Origin: an uncultured bacterium | Lineage (GTDB): Bacteria; Patescibacteriota; Minisyncoccia; Phycocordibacterales; Phycocordibacteraceae | Direction: 5' to 3' | Length of the DNA: 64,000 nucleotides | Assembly: GCA_937879955.1 (NCBI GenBank) | Contig: CALFMK010000002.1 | Span: 1,175-65,174 of the forward strand | Part shown: positions 41,108-49,849 of the stretch, in pieces | Layout of the letters: each line of letters begins with the position of its first letter | Position numbering within the stretch: the first letter of the stretch is position 1 | Notes under the pieces: model-generated | Seen by the model: only the letters and a program-made list of their open reading frames with translations | Told to the model about the DNA's origin: nothing | The model's database searches: none | Translations under genes and position numbers: made by a program

Positions 41108-42730
41108 TTGCTGACCGGAAAATCTGACGAAATAGGAAGGAGCTACGGCTTCTTCGTATATGTATTTGATCGTCTCGTTAATGTCGAGGATGGTCACTTT
41201 GGAATCTCACCTGATGAACTTCGGCATGGAACCTTTGGTCGCTTCAGGGCGGTGGTCCACATGAACGGTCTTGATAGGCTTTTAAGGGCAAACCGTGAAG
41301 CACTTATGGAAGGACCGGAACTTGAAGAGGCAAGAAATATCTTGCGAGGCATCTTTAACTCCGTTCGTTCTACAATTGAGAGTCAGGTAAGTCTCGAAGA
41401 ACCTGGAGCACAACTCGCCCGAAAGCTTGCTGCAAGCCCCGGAAGCTTGTCTCGATCACCAATCGTCGAGCTGGCACGTGCTGTGGTGGAGAAGCGTAGT
41501 AATGCACATTATCTTTCCGTACCTGATTTAAAGAACGATTCTGAACGAGAAGCTTTTATAAGCGAGCTTGAATCTCGCGCTGCGGATCCAGAAAAATTCG
41601 TTTCTGGACTCACTCTCGATTACAACGGTAGTCCCGATGAAGGTTTTGCAAAATATGATACCCAAACGGCAAACCTACGTATAAACGCCTGGCATCCACT
41701 TGTCGCAACTTTCCACGACGAATTCTCAAGTAAAACGAGCGGACAGCCTCTCGAGGTCTTGGCAATGGCCGAAGTACTTGCTGAGTCGCATCTGCACGCA
41801 CTCGGGGTTCCTGGAACTACAATTAGTGACTTTCTCGCAACACGCGATAGGCTGCTCCGGTATCTTGCAAATGAATCCGGACATCAAAGTGCATTTTCTG
41901 TTGCAGCCTCATTAAAAGAAGCAAGAAATAATCCTGACTCTTTAGAAGATAAGGTATGCGCTGCTTTCTCAAGTCTTGGATTTGAAACCATCCCTATTGG
42001 AGGTAAGGGTAAGCCGGACGGGGTTGCAACAGCACATCTTTCCGCGGGTGAAGACGGACAGTCTCGTCGTTACTCCGTGAGTCTTGAAGCAAAAAGTAAA
42101 GAGAAGGATGGAGTCAGGGTCGCCAATGCTAGTGTACGAGTGTCGGCAATTGCGCGCCAGCGCGATGAGTATGCCTGTAACCACGCAATTATCGTCGGTC
42201 CGTCCTTCTCAACGACAGCGGGCGAGAGCTCAGCACTCGCAAAAGAGATTAGCGCTGACCGAGAAGGTACGGAGGCAAGGGGTAATCGGAAGACCATTAC
42301 GCTTATAACAGTCGATGATTTGGCACGGCTCGTAACACTCCGTCCCCTTAAACAGCTCGGTCTTTCTGAGATCCGGAGCCTTTTTGAGTGTAGGTTACCC
42401 GAGGAAAGCAGGGAATGGGTAGATGGTATCCAGGCAAAGATTGTCGAAAAGCCACCGTACAAAGAGATCATTGGAGCTATTCACAAGCTCCAGAAAGACT
42501 TTAATCAAGCAAGTGTTAAATATTCGGCATTGCGCGTAGAGCTCTCGCATCTCTTACCGCCCATTAAATTTGATAGAGATGATGAACTTATCGAGCTCTG
42601 TAATGCGCTGGCGCAAATGTCATCAGGAGCCATGCATGCCAATACTGGAACAGTTGAGCTCGATCAGAGTAGGGAAAATGTAATTACCGCTATCGAAGCT
42701 GCGATGAGGGAGTATAATGGCCAGAGTTAA
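41108..42730 (+). CDS. continuation/partner of the GHKL ATPase (540 aa) with a C-terminal PD-(D/E)xK-like nuclease motif
   Basis: Same reading frame as 40028..41053 across the single stop; the 18 codons after the TGA are open (LLTPQLGRITGYVEAYKDLLTGK...); near the C-terminus GGKGKPDGVA ...~20 aa... YSVSLEAKSK fits D...E.K; no ATG until residue ~52. Confidence 0.5.
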   Translation: MLTGKSDEIGRSYGFFVYVFDRLVNVEDGHFGISPDELRHGTFGRFRAVVHMNGLDRLLRANREALMEGPELEEARNILRGIFNSVRSTIESQVSLEEPGAQLARKLAASPGSLSRSPIVELARAVVEKRSNAHYLSVPDLKNDSEREAFISELESRAADPEKFVSGLTLDYNGSPDEGFAKYDTQTANLRINAWHPLVATFHDEFSSKTSGQPLEVLAMAEVLAESHLHALGVPGTTISDFLATRDRLLRYLANESGHQSAFSVAASLKEARNNPDSLEDKVCAAFSSLGFETIPIGGKGKPDGVATAHLSAGEDGQSRRYSVSLEAKSKEKDGVRVANASVRVSAIARQRDEYACNHAIIVGPSFSTTAGESSALAKEISADREGTEARGNRKTITLITVDDLARLVTLRPLKQLGLSEIRSLFECRLPEESREWVDGIQAKIVEKPPYKEIIGAIHKLQKDFNQASVKYSALRVELSHLLPPIKFDRDDELIELCNALAQMSSGAMHANTGTVELDQSRENVITAIEAAMREYNGQS

Positions 42731-42732
42731 TT

Positions 42733-43992
42733 ATGCCGGCAAAAGCAAGTACAACACAGAAGAAGGGTAAGACAATGTACGATGCACTGGGACGTGACTC
42801 AGTGCACCCCTTTCCGGCCCGAATGGCCCCGACAATCGCGCTCGAAGTACTAGAGAACTCAAAGAGACCTCTCAGGATCCTCGACCCAATGATGGGTTCT
42901 GGGACAGTCATCGCTCTTGCGCGAGCGAATGGACATCAAGCAAGAGGAATTGATATAGATCCTCTGGCGGTGCTACTTTCGAAGGTATGGACGACTGCGG
43001 TTGATATTGAACACATAAATACCGTAGCTAAGAATGTTCTGGCCATAGCAGAAAAAAGTTTCCCTAATATGCCCCTGGAGAAGGCGTATCCAATAGAATC
43101 TGATGATGAGACGAAAGAGTTCATTGACTATTGGTTTGATCCCATTGTCCGTAGGCAAATGACTTCTCTTTCAAACGCGATCCTAGCCGTTGAGGATGAG
43201 GACGAGCGAGATGTACTTTGGTGTGCGCTTTCTCGCTTAATTATCGTGAAGAGCTCAGGCGTATCACTCGCGATGGATCTATCACATAGTCGTCCGCATA
43301 GAGTCTACGAAGAAGCTCCAGTAAGGCCGTTTGATAAATTTCTACCCATGGTTCTGAAGGTGACAAAGAGTTGTCTTGATAAGAAAGACAAGGCTCGCGG
43401 ACCTGTAGCGAAGGTTGCAAGGGGTGATGCTCGAAAACTCCCGATTAGAAAATCTTCGATAGATATCGTGCTTACTTCTCCTCCCTATCTTAATGCTATT
43501 GATTACATGCGTTGTAGTAAATTTTCATTGGTGTGGATGGGGTATAAAATTGGTGAACTAAGAAAGCTCCGTACCGATAGTATTGGTAGTGAATTAAGCA
43601 GTGGTATTGCTAACGAAGATGAGAGTGTGAAGCTTGTAGTAAAGGGATTAAATCTACAGCCTCGACTGACAACACGGAATCAGGCCATACTTTCTCGATA
43701 TATATATGATATGACCTCTTCAATAAAAGAGGTTGCAAGAGTATTAGTCCCAAATGGAAAGGCAATTTATGTGGTCGGTGAAAATACGATCAAGGGAACC
43801 TATATAAGGAATTCTGTTGTAATGGAAATTGTTGCAAAGCAAGTAGGGCTAGCGCTGACAGAAAAAAAAGTTCGAATTTTACCTGCCAATCGTCGTTATC
43901 TTCCGCCTCCAACAAAAAGATCAAGCAAGGCTTCGATGGATGCGCGTATGCGGAGAGAAGTTGTAATGACCTTCACGAAACTGGCGATTTAA
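42733..43992 (+). CDS. SAM-dependent amino (N6-adenine or N4-cytosine) DNA methyltransferase
   Basis: Motif I DPMMGSGTV near the N-terminus; motif IV VLTSPPYLNAIDY about 200 aa downstream; ATG 2 nt after the upstream stop. Confidence 0.8.
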   Translation: MPAKASTTQKKGKTMYDALGRDSVHPFPARMAPTIALEVLENSKRPLRILDPMMGSGTVIALARANGHQARGIDIDPLAVLLSKVWTTAVDIEHINTVAKNVLAIAEKSFPNMPLEKAYPIESDDETKEFIDYWFDPIVRRQMTSLSNAILAVEDEDERDVLWCALSRLIIVKSSGVSLAMDLSHSRPHRVYEEAPVRPFDKFLPMVLKVTKSCLDKKDKARGPVAKVARGDARKLPIRKSSIDIVLTSPPYLNAIDYMRCSKFSLVWMGYKIGELRKLRTDSIGSELSSGIANEDESVKLVVKGLNLQPRLTTRNQAILSRYIYDMTSSIKEVARVLVPNGKAIYVVGENTIKGTYIRNSVVMEIVAKQVGLALTEKKVRILPANRRYLPPPTKRSSKASMDARMRREVVMTFTKLAI

Positions 43993-44050
43993 TATTAGTG
44001 AACTTGTCAAATTCTGTGCCAGGATTATCTATCTGATAAGATATTTATGA

Positions 44051-44398
44051 ATGGCCGATATAGAAAAACTCAAGGAAATGGTGGTCCAATTCCGAGACGA
44101 TCGGGACTGGAAGCAATTTCATACTCCTAAAGACCTGGCCATTTCCATGGCTCTCGAGGCTGGGGAAGTCCTTGAGCATTTCCAGTGGAAAGACGAAAGG
44201 GCCCAATGGGCACATGGTGAGGCCAAAAGGGAGGATATTGGCGACGAGCTCGCCGACGTTCTGTATTGGGTTCTTCTCCTAAGTAACGATCTGAATATTG
44301 ATATTTCAGAGGCTTTTGTTCGCAAGCTCGAAAAGAATAACGAGAAGTATCCCGTAGAAAAGGCGAAGGGAAGAAACGCGAAGTACACAGAACTCTAG
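44051..44398 (+). CDS. MazG-like nucleoside triphosphate pyrophosphohydrolase (all-alpha NTP-PPase)
   Basis: WKQFHTPKDLAISMALEAGEVLEHFQWK...IGDELADVLYWVLLLSNDLNIDISEAF matches the MazG/HisE-type EExxE/D motifs; 115 aa. Confidence 0.75.
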   Translation: MADIEKLKEMVVQFRDDRDWKQFHTPKDLAISMALEAGEVLEHFQWKDERAQWAHGEAKREDIGDELADVLYWVLLLSNDLNIDISEAFVRKLEKNNEKYPVEKAKGRNAKYTEL

Positions 44399-44400
44399 CC

Positions 44401-45966
44401 ATGTCCGAGATCGAAAGCTTTGAATTTAAGAGAAGCGAATCGGATAAAATTCGAAAATATAAATTCGGAAGCAATTGGCCCGTTGTGTATCTTCTCGAAG
44501 ACGGGAAAGAGCTCTATGTGGGGCAGACCACTCGTGCCTTTGTGCGCAGCAAGCAGCATCTCGATACCCCGTCCCGGGCAAAGCTAAAGAAGATGCATAT
44601 AATCAGTGACGAGGAATTTAATATCTCAGCTGCTCTCGATATCGAATCCTGGCTCATTCAGTACCTTTCAGCGGAAGGTACGTTTCAGCTACAGAACTCC
44701 AATAAGGGTCTGAGGAATCATGAGTACTTTGATCGTGAGAAGTACAAGGCGAAGTTCGAGCTTATTTGGGAGAAGCTCAGGGCAATGTCGCTTGCTACCC
44801 AGGACCTCGTACAGCTCAGGAATAGTGACGTATTCAAATACTCTCCCTATAAGTCTCTTAGTGACGATCAGCTGATCATTGCCACTGATCTCTTTAAGAA
44901 GATCGCGAAGAACGAACAGAAAACGTATCTCATTAATGGAAAGCCAGGAACCGGAAAAACCGTCTTGGCAATCTATTTGATGAAGTACCTTGCGCAGGAG
45001 AAGGAGACACGGCATTTGAAGATTGCTCTTGTGGTGCCCATGACCTCGCTGCGGCAGACTATACGGAACGTCTTCAGGAAAATCCCTGGTCTCAAGACCA
45101 CTCAGGTTATCGGTCCTGCTGACGTAACGAGAGGAGACTACGATCTACTTATTGTGGACGAGGCCCATAGGCTCAAACAGCGCGTAAACATAGCCAATTA
45201 CCAGTCTTTTGATGTGGTTAACAAAAGGCTCGGTTTTGGTAACGAAGGCACCGAACTCGACTGGATACTCGCTTCTTCAAAACAGCAGATACTCTTTTAC
45301 GACAGGAACCAGAGTGTACGCCCATCCGATGTTTCCGAGCAACGATTCTCTCAACTGAAGGCTGATTTCTATAACCTAGCCAGCCAGCTGAGAGTGGAGG
45401 GAGGAGAGGAATATCTTGAATATGTAGACGGTGTTCTCAGCCTCAGAAATACCTCCTATGTACCTCAGGACTATGACTTCGCTATCTATGAGGACATTCG
45501 GGAGATGATCTCTGATATCAAGAAAAGAGACGCTGAGACTGGTCTGGCTCGTGTAGTGGCAGGATATGCCTGGGACTGGAAGACAAAGAACGGGGGAGAG
45601 GAATATGATATCGAGATCGATGGTCTAAGGCTGATCTGGAACTCAACAACGAGTGATTGGGTTAATTCCAAGAACGCTGTTAATGAAATAGGTTGTATCC
45701 ATACTATCCAGGGCTATGACCTCAATTATGCTGGCGTTATTATCGGACCTGAGATCTCATATGATCCCGAGCAGCACCGTATCGTTGTTGATCCAAAGAA
45801 GTATAAGGACATAAACGGAAAGCGATCCGTTGAGAATCCTGAAGAACTTGAGCGATATGTCATTAATATCTACAAGACCCTTCTCACGCGTGGGATTAAG
45901 GGAACCTACGTATATATCGCAGATGAAGAGCTGAGGAAGCTTTTTCGAAAGAATCTAATCGCTTAA
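44401..45966 (+). CDS. GIY-YIG nuclease domain fused to a DUF2075-type P-loop ATPase/helicase-like domain
   Basis: N-terminal VVYLLEDGKELYVGQTTRAFVRSKQH (GIY...YIG...R...H); Walker A GKPGTGKTV; Walker B DEAH-like LLIVDEAHRL; ATG 3 nt after the MazG stop. Confidence 0.75.
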   Translation: MSEIESFEFKRSESDKIRKYKFGSNWPVVYLLEDGKELYVGQTTRAFVRSKQHLDTPSRAKLKKMHIISDEEFNISAALDIESWLIQYLSAEGTFQLQNSNKGLRNHEYFDREKYKAKFELIWEKLRAMSLATQDLVQLRNSDVFKYSPYKSLSDDQLIIATDLFKKIAKNEQKTYLINGKPGTGKTVLAIYLMKYLAQEKETRHLKIALVVPMTSLRQTIRNVFRKIPGLKTTQVIGPADVTRGDYDLLIVDEAHRLKQRVNIANYQSFDVVNKRLGFGNEGTELDWILASSKQQILFYDRNQSVRPSDVSEQRFSQLKADFYNLASQLRVEGGEEYLEYVDGVLSLRNTSYVPQDYDFAIYEDIREMISDIKKRDAETGLARVVAGYAWDWKTKNGGEEYDIEIDGLRLIWNSTTSDWVNSKNAVNEIGCIHTIQGYDLNYAGVIIGPEISYDPEQHRIVVDPKKYKDINGKRSVENPEELERYVINIYKTLLTRGIKGTYVYIADEELRKLFRKNLIA

Positions 45967-46040
45967 TTGGGAGCTTTCAGACTTTATCAAAAATTTATCT
46001 AGATTTGATATCCTCCTGTCTTAGGCTAATACAATCAACC

Positions 46041-46673
46041 ATGAATAAGACGGTACTTATAGCGATTGCAGCCTTCCTCATTCTTGTCGGTGGCATGTAT
46101 TACTTCACCCGCTCGTCGGAGGAATCAGCTACCGTGGTAGATACTTCAGGTTGGAATACCTATACAAATACTACCTATTCATATTCGCTTTCATACCCTG
46201 ATGGCCTCAGACTGGGATACCCGGGTATGGCTGAAACGGTGCGGATCGAGGAGACTGACGATCTTATGATTGATGCTGATCTTAAGCCAGCCATCTTTGG
46301 TGTGACAGCATATACCGTTGATACAGCACATGACTCTCCGGCCATTAAGGAGCGAAACAGTTTGGCCACTCTACCACTTAAAGAGTTTGCTGAAGGTGTC
46401 CGACAGCTGCAGGTAAATGACTCAAATTCTTCAATCCAAGATAAAACGGTTGGAGAGTTACAGGAAATTACGTTTGCAGGAAAGCCGGCCTATTCCTTCA
46501 CTCTAAACAAAGCGTTTGTCTCAGATTCACTTGGTAGTGGCTATATTCTCACACCAGAAGATACGAACTTTAATTTCATCTTCGTTGAGAATAAGTTCGG
46601 CCAGAAACTTATGGTTCGGTATCTTGTGAACGATACCGCTGCAGAAGGTATAAAGAATTCATTCAAGCTCTAG
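46041..46673 (+). CDS. hypothetical secreted/anchored protein (low GC)
   Basis: N-terminal TM/signal MNKTVLIAIAAFLILVGGMYYF; no recognised domain; followed by a bidirectional hairpin at ~46690..46725. Confidence 0.5.
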   Translation: MNKTVLIAIAAFLILVGGMYYFTRSSEESATVVDTSGWNTYTNTTYSYSLSYPDGLRLGYPGMAETVRIEETDDLMIDADLKPAIFGVTAYTVDTAHDSPAIKERNSLATLPLKEFAEGVRQLQVNDSNSSIQDKTVGELQEITFAGKPAYSFTLNKAFVSDSLGSGYILTPEDTNFNFIFVENKFGQKLMVRYLVNDTAAEGIKNSFKL

Positions 46674-46751
46674 CGCTGCATTATAATTAATAAAAAGCCC
46701 CCGGCTCTCGAAAGAGAGTCGGGGGTAGTTCGTTAAGAGCTTAGCTCTTGG

Positions 46752-47450
46752 TTATTGGCAGGTGGCTGCGGGGTAATGCATGTTACTGCCGGAATGAAGC
46801 GGGTCTGGAATCAAAGCATACTGGTACCAGTACTCCGTTGCCTGACTCTCAGATCCAGCAAACGGATCACGGCTTGTACCGCTGGCCGACATCGAGCTAC
46901 GTAGCTCGAAGTGTAGGTGAGGTCCGGTGACACTCCCGCTCCTGCCCGAGAGACCGACCAGTGTTCCGCCAGGGCCGCTCACGCAGGTGATCGATTGTCC
47001 GTTGGTGACGTTGACCGAGCTCAGGTGCGCATAGAGCGTGTACCAGCCATCAGCATGCTGAATCCAGACGTGGTTGCCCAGGTTGCTGCCGCAGGACGGA
47101 TTGCCGGTCGCTGGACAGCCTGTCGTTACGGAAGCAACCGTTCCGCTCGCTGCCGCATAGACCGACGTACCAGATGATACGCCAAAGTCCGTTCCTCGAT
47201 GCCTCGGGTTGTTGCCGTAATAGTACGGCGAGGTGGACGGTATGACCGTGGCATCGTAACGAATGTTGGTGTTGGTCGCGTAGGGTGTATGCCAGTGGTC
47301 CATCCATGCCGTAATGCTATACGGCACGTAGGCAAGCGGGAGCCTGTACTTTGTTTGCGCTTGAGCTGCGCTCCCGTTCAAGAACGTGAGAAAAAGCGCG
47401 ACCGCCGCACATAGAGTGGCCAGCAGTCCCTGATTCCTGTAGCTTCTCAT
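46752..47450 (-). CDS. secreted M23 (LytM-type) metallopeptidase
   Basis: Signal peptide; HRGTDFG...GNHVWIQHADGWYTLYAHLS...GLSGRSGSVTGPHLHFEL contains the HxxxD and HxH zinc-ligand motifs. Confidence 0.8.
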   Translation of the reverse strand: MRSYRNQGLLATLCAAVALFLTFLNGSAAQAQTKYRLPLAYVPYSITAWMDHWHTPYATNTNIRYDATVIPSTSPYYYGNNPRHRGTDFGVSSGTSVYAAASGTVASVTTGCPATGNPSCGSNLGNHVWIQHADGWYTLYAHLSSVNVTNGQSITCVSGPGGTLVGLSGRSGSVTGPHLHFELRSSMSASGTSRDPFAGSESQATEYWYQYALIPDPLHSGSNMHYPAATCQ

Positions 47451-47591
47451 CTATACTCTCCAAATATGTAGGTTTGAGGTTGTGTAGATACATAGACTGC
47501 ACTACGGACCCATGCAAGCCCCCTTTGAAAGAACAAAGTTCGCACTATTTGCGAATACCTGACTCGAAATAGTCAGGTGCAGCATCCTACC

Positions 47592-48053
47592 TTACGAAGA
47601 TAAAGAGAAAATAAAGTCGAAATGCTCTGAAGAAACCGGTGTCACTGAAAGCCTCGAACCCGGTTGCAGAATCATCATCTTCCCAAGATGAGAATCTGCC
47701 CTGATGTCAGTCAGCGTAACCGGCACCTCGAGCTTCCGAACGAACGCGATATCAACCAAGTCCCAGATAGGCTTCGCTTCAGTGGCGCGCGGATCATAAT
47801 AGCTGCTCTTCGGGTCGAACTGGGTCGGGTCAGGATAGGGCAGGGAGACAACCTCGGCGATGCCGTAGACGCCTGGCACCTTACAGTTCGAATGATAGAA
47901 GAGCACATGGTCTCCGGGCTTCATCTCGCGCATATAGTTCCGGGCCTGAAAGTTCCGGACTCCGGTCCAAGCAGTCTTCCCGTCCTTCTTGAGATGGTCG
48001 ATTCCGTAGCTCTCGGGCTCGGATTTCATGAGCCAATATCGCTTTTCAGACAT
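47592..48053 (-). CDS. EVE (PUA-like) domain protein
   Basis: YWLMKSEPESYGIDHL...WTGVRNFQARNYMREMKPGDHVLFYHSN is the EVE/Thump-like PUA signature; start at MSEKRYW, the ORF-track N-terminal extension is unlikely. Confidence 0.75.
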   Translation of the reverse strand: MSEKRYWLMKSEPESYGIDHLKKDGKTAWTGVRNFQARNYMREMKPGDHVLFYHSNCKVPGVYGIAEVVSLPYPDPTQFDPKSSYYDPRATEAKPIWDLVDIAFVRKLEVPVTLTDIRADSHLGKMMILQPGSRLSVTPVSSEHFDFIFSLSS

Positions 48054-48111
48054 TGTTTCCAGTATATATAAAATCCAGTTTTTCTTTATATTCCTGAGAT
48101 ACATTGCAGCA

Positions 48112-48531
48112 ATGAATACTGCAAAAAAGGAAAGGGACTTCAGAAAGCGTGTCACAAGACGTCTGAAAAGGAGTGACCCTGTTCGGTGGGAAGGTCTTTC
48201 TGAGGAAGAACGGTTGAGTGCCGTAGAGGTCTATGCAGATCTTGTGGACCCAAAGAATTTGGATCCCTTGTCCCTTATCAATGAGACATGGAATCGTGCC
48301 GATGCAGTAGACAATCTAATGATGGGTGTGCTGCTCGGGCTTTTCGGAACTGCTGCAGGCAATGTCATTGAAAATTACCTTGCTCCCGCCGGGATAGTGT
48401 ATGAATTCTTCGCGGTAACATTCTTCCTTGGTATTTTCTTTATCTTCAACTGGATACCGGGAGAGATTCTCAATCGAAGCTATAAGGAAGGTCGCTTGCT
48501 CGAGAAGCTCTTAAGGGAGAAGAAATCGTAA
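48112..48531 (+). CDS. hypothetical membrane protein (low GC)
   Basis: Two C-terminal hydrophobic segments; divergent from the EVE gene across an AT-rich 58-bp gap. Confidence 0.4.
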   Translation: MNTAKKERDFRKRVTRRLKRSDPVRWEGLSEEERLSAVEVYADLVDPKNLDPLSLINETWNRADAVDNLMMGVLLGLFGTAAGNVIENYLAPAGIVYEFFAVTFFLGIFFIFNWIPGEILNRSYKEGRLLEKLLREKKS

Positions 48532-48835
48532 ATCGTATAAGAAAACCGGCCGCCCCAAAGGAGCGGCCGATGTACTAACACAAACGCTTACGCTTCCATG
48601 TCGAAGCGGAGCCTCTCTTCGGAAGCCGCTCTCGCCGAGGACCCGGGGTCCAAGCAGGCCGGTGCTCCTTCACGATGCGAGGCGCCGTAATCGCTGTCGT
48701 AGCCAGAAGGCTCGTGAATACGAGCCCGATGATCAATCTCATATTGGTCCCTCCGATTTCCTCGTACAGACTGCCTCTCGCGAGCCTCCTCGTCAACAAA
48801 GAAAGAGGCCGCTCCAGAGGAGCGGCCTCGGCCTT

Positions 48836-49126
48836 TCAGTGCACCGTCGCGAACGTATACAGATAGAAGCAGGTGCCGATTGCCGGTAGGGCGAGCAGAG
48901 GCAGCGCATCGAGATTCTTGAGACTGCCTTCGACGTGGGTGCGCGGACAGCTCCATTCCTCGCGGTTGCTCACGAGCGGCCCGATCTTCGCCTCGATGAA
49001 CACGGGCCTGCCGAGCTCCTTCTCCATGGCTTCACGAACCTGGTCGATGGAAAGGTTCGCGGGGTAGTGGCCGAGCCGGAGCTCGAATTCCACTTTGGTA
49101 TCGATAGGTGCTCCTTCGAAAGCCAT
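48836..49126 (-). CDS. hypothetical small protein (96 aa)
   Basis: RBS ggaga 7 nt before the ATG; it is the C-terminal part of a longer shadow ORF; no recognised domain. Confidence 0.4.
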   Translation of the reverse strand: MAFEGAPIDTKVEFELRLGHYPANLSIDQVREAMEKELGRPVFIEAKIGPLVSNREEWSCPRTHVEGSLKNLDALPLLALPAIGTCFYLYTFATVH

Positions 49127-49213
49127 CCTCGGTTCTCCTATGTGCTGGAGGCTGCTCTGCCTAGGGTTGTACCTCCCCGGGAAGGAAGCGTCAAACGTAG
49201 GTATAGTGGGAGG

Positions 49214-49783
49214 ATGACCGTGCCGTACGAGATACGCGAATCCACCCGCGCCAAGCGCCTCGGCCTCACGGTGCACCCGGACGGGCGGGTAACCGTCACG
49301 AAGCCCGTACGGACTCCGCTGAAGAAGGCGGAGCAGTTTGCCGCCAAGCACGAGGACTGGATCCTGGCGGCCCAGGAATCCTTCCGGAGGAGGGCAGAGA
49401 AGCGGAAGAAGGCCGGCATAGAGCAGGTGCAGCTCCCGCGCCCACGGAAGGGATCGAACGCGTACAAGGAGGCCAGAGAGGCCGCCCGAGCGCTCGTATC
49501 GGAGCGCCTCGCATATTTCAATCAGCTCTACGGCTTCCGGTACGGATCCATATCCATACGGGACCAGAAGACCCGATGGGGAAGCTGCTCGGCTGCCGGG
49601 AACCTCTCCTTCAACTATCGTCTCGCATACCTGCCCGAGCGGCTCCAGGACTACGTCGTGGTGCACGAGCTCTGCCACGTGAAGGAGCACAACCATTCCC
49701 CGAGGTTCTGGGACCAGATGACGCGAGCGCTGCCGGACCATGTCGCTCTCCGGAAGGAGCTCCGTACCCGCTACGCGGCCTGA
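49214..49783 (+). CDS. YgjP/DUF45-family zinc metallohydrolase (WLM/SprT-like HExxH)
   Basis: YVVVHELCHVKEHNHSPRFWDQM motif near the C-terminus; 190 aa; the ORF-track upstream extension is not supported. Confidence 0.7.
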   Translation: MTVPYEIRESTRAKRLGLTVHPDGRVTVTKPVRTPLKKAEQFAAKHEDWILAAQESFRRRAEKRKKAGIEQVQLPRPRKGSNAYKEAREAARALVSERLAYFNQLYGFRYGSISIRDQKTRWGSCSAAGNLSFNYRLAYLPERLQDYVVVHELCHVKEHNHSPRFWDQMTRALPDHVALRKELRTRYAA

Positions 49784-49849
49784 GTGGACTTCGGAGTGCA
49801 TGGTGGTATAAGTACCCCAGACGTTCGTACCAGCAGAAAGGAGTACGCC

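Noticed and set aside
40000-48560. Island as an integrative mobile element (prophage or ICE)
   Set aside because: No integrase, transposase, tRNA attachment site or flanking direct repeats are recognisable at the boundaries; only the compositional shift supports foreign origin, so it is described as an island rather than a mobile_element feature.
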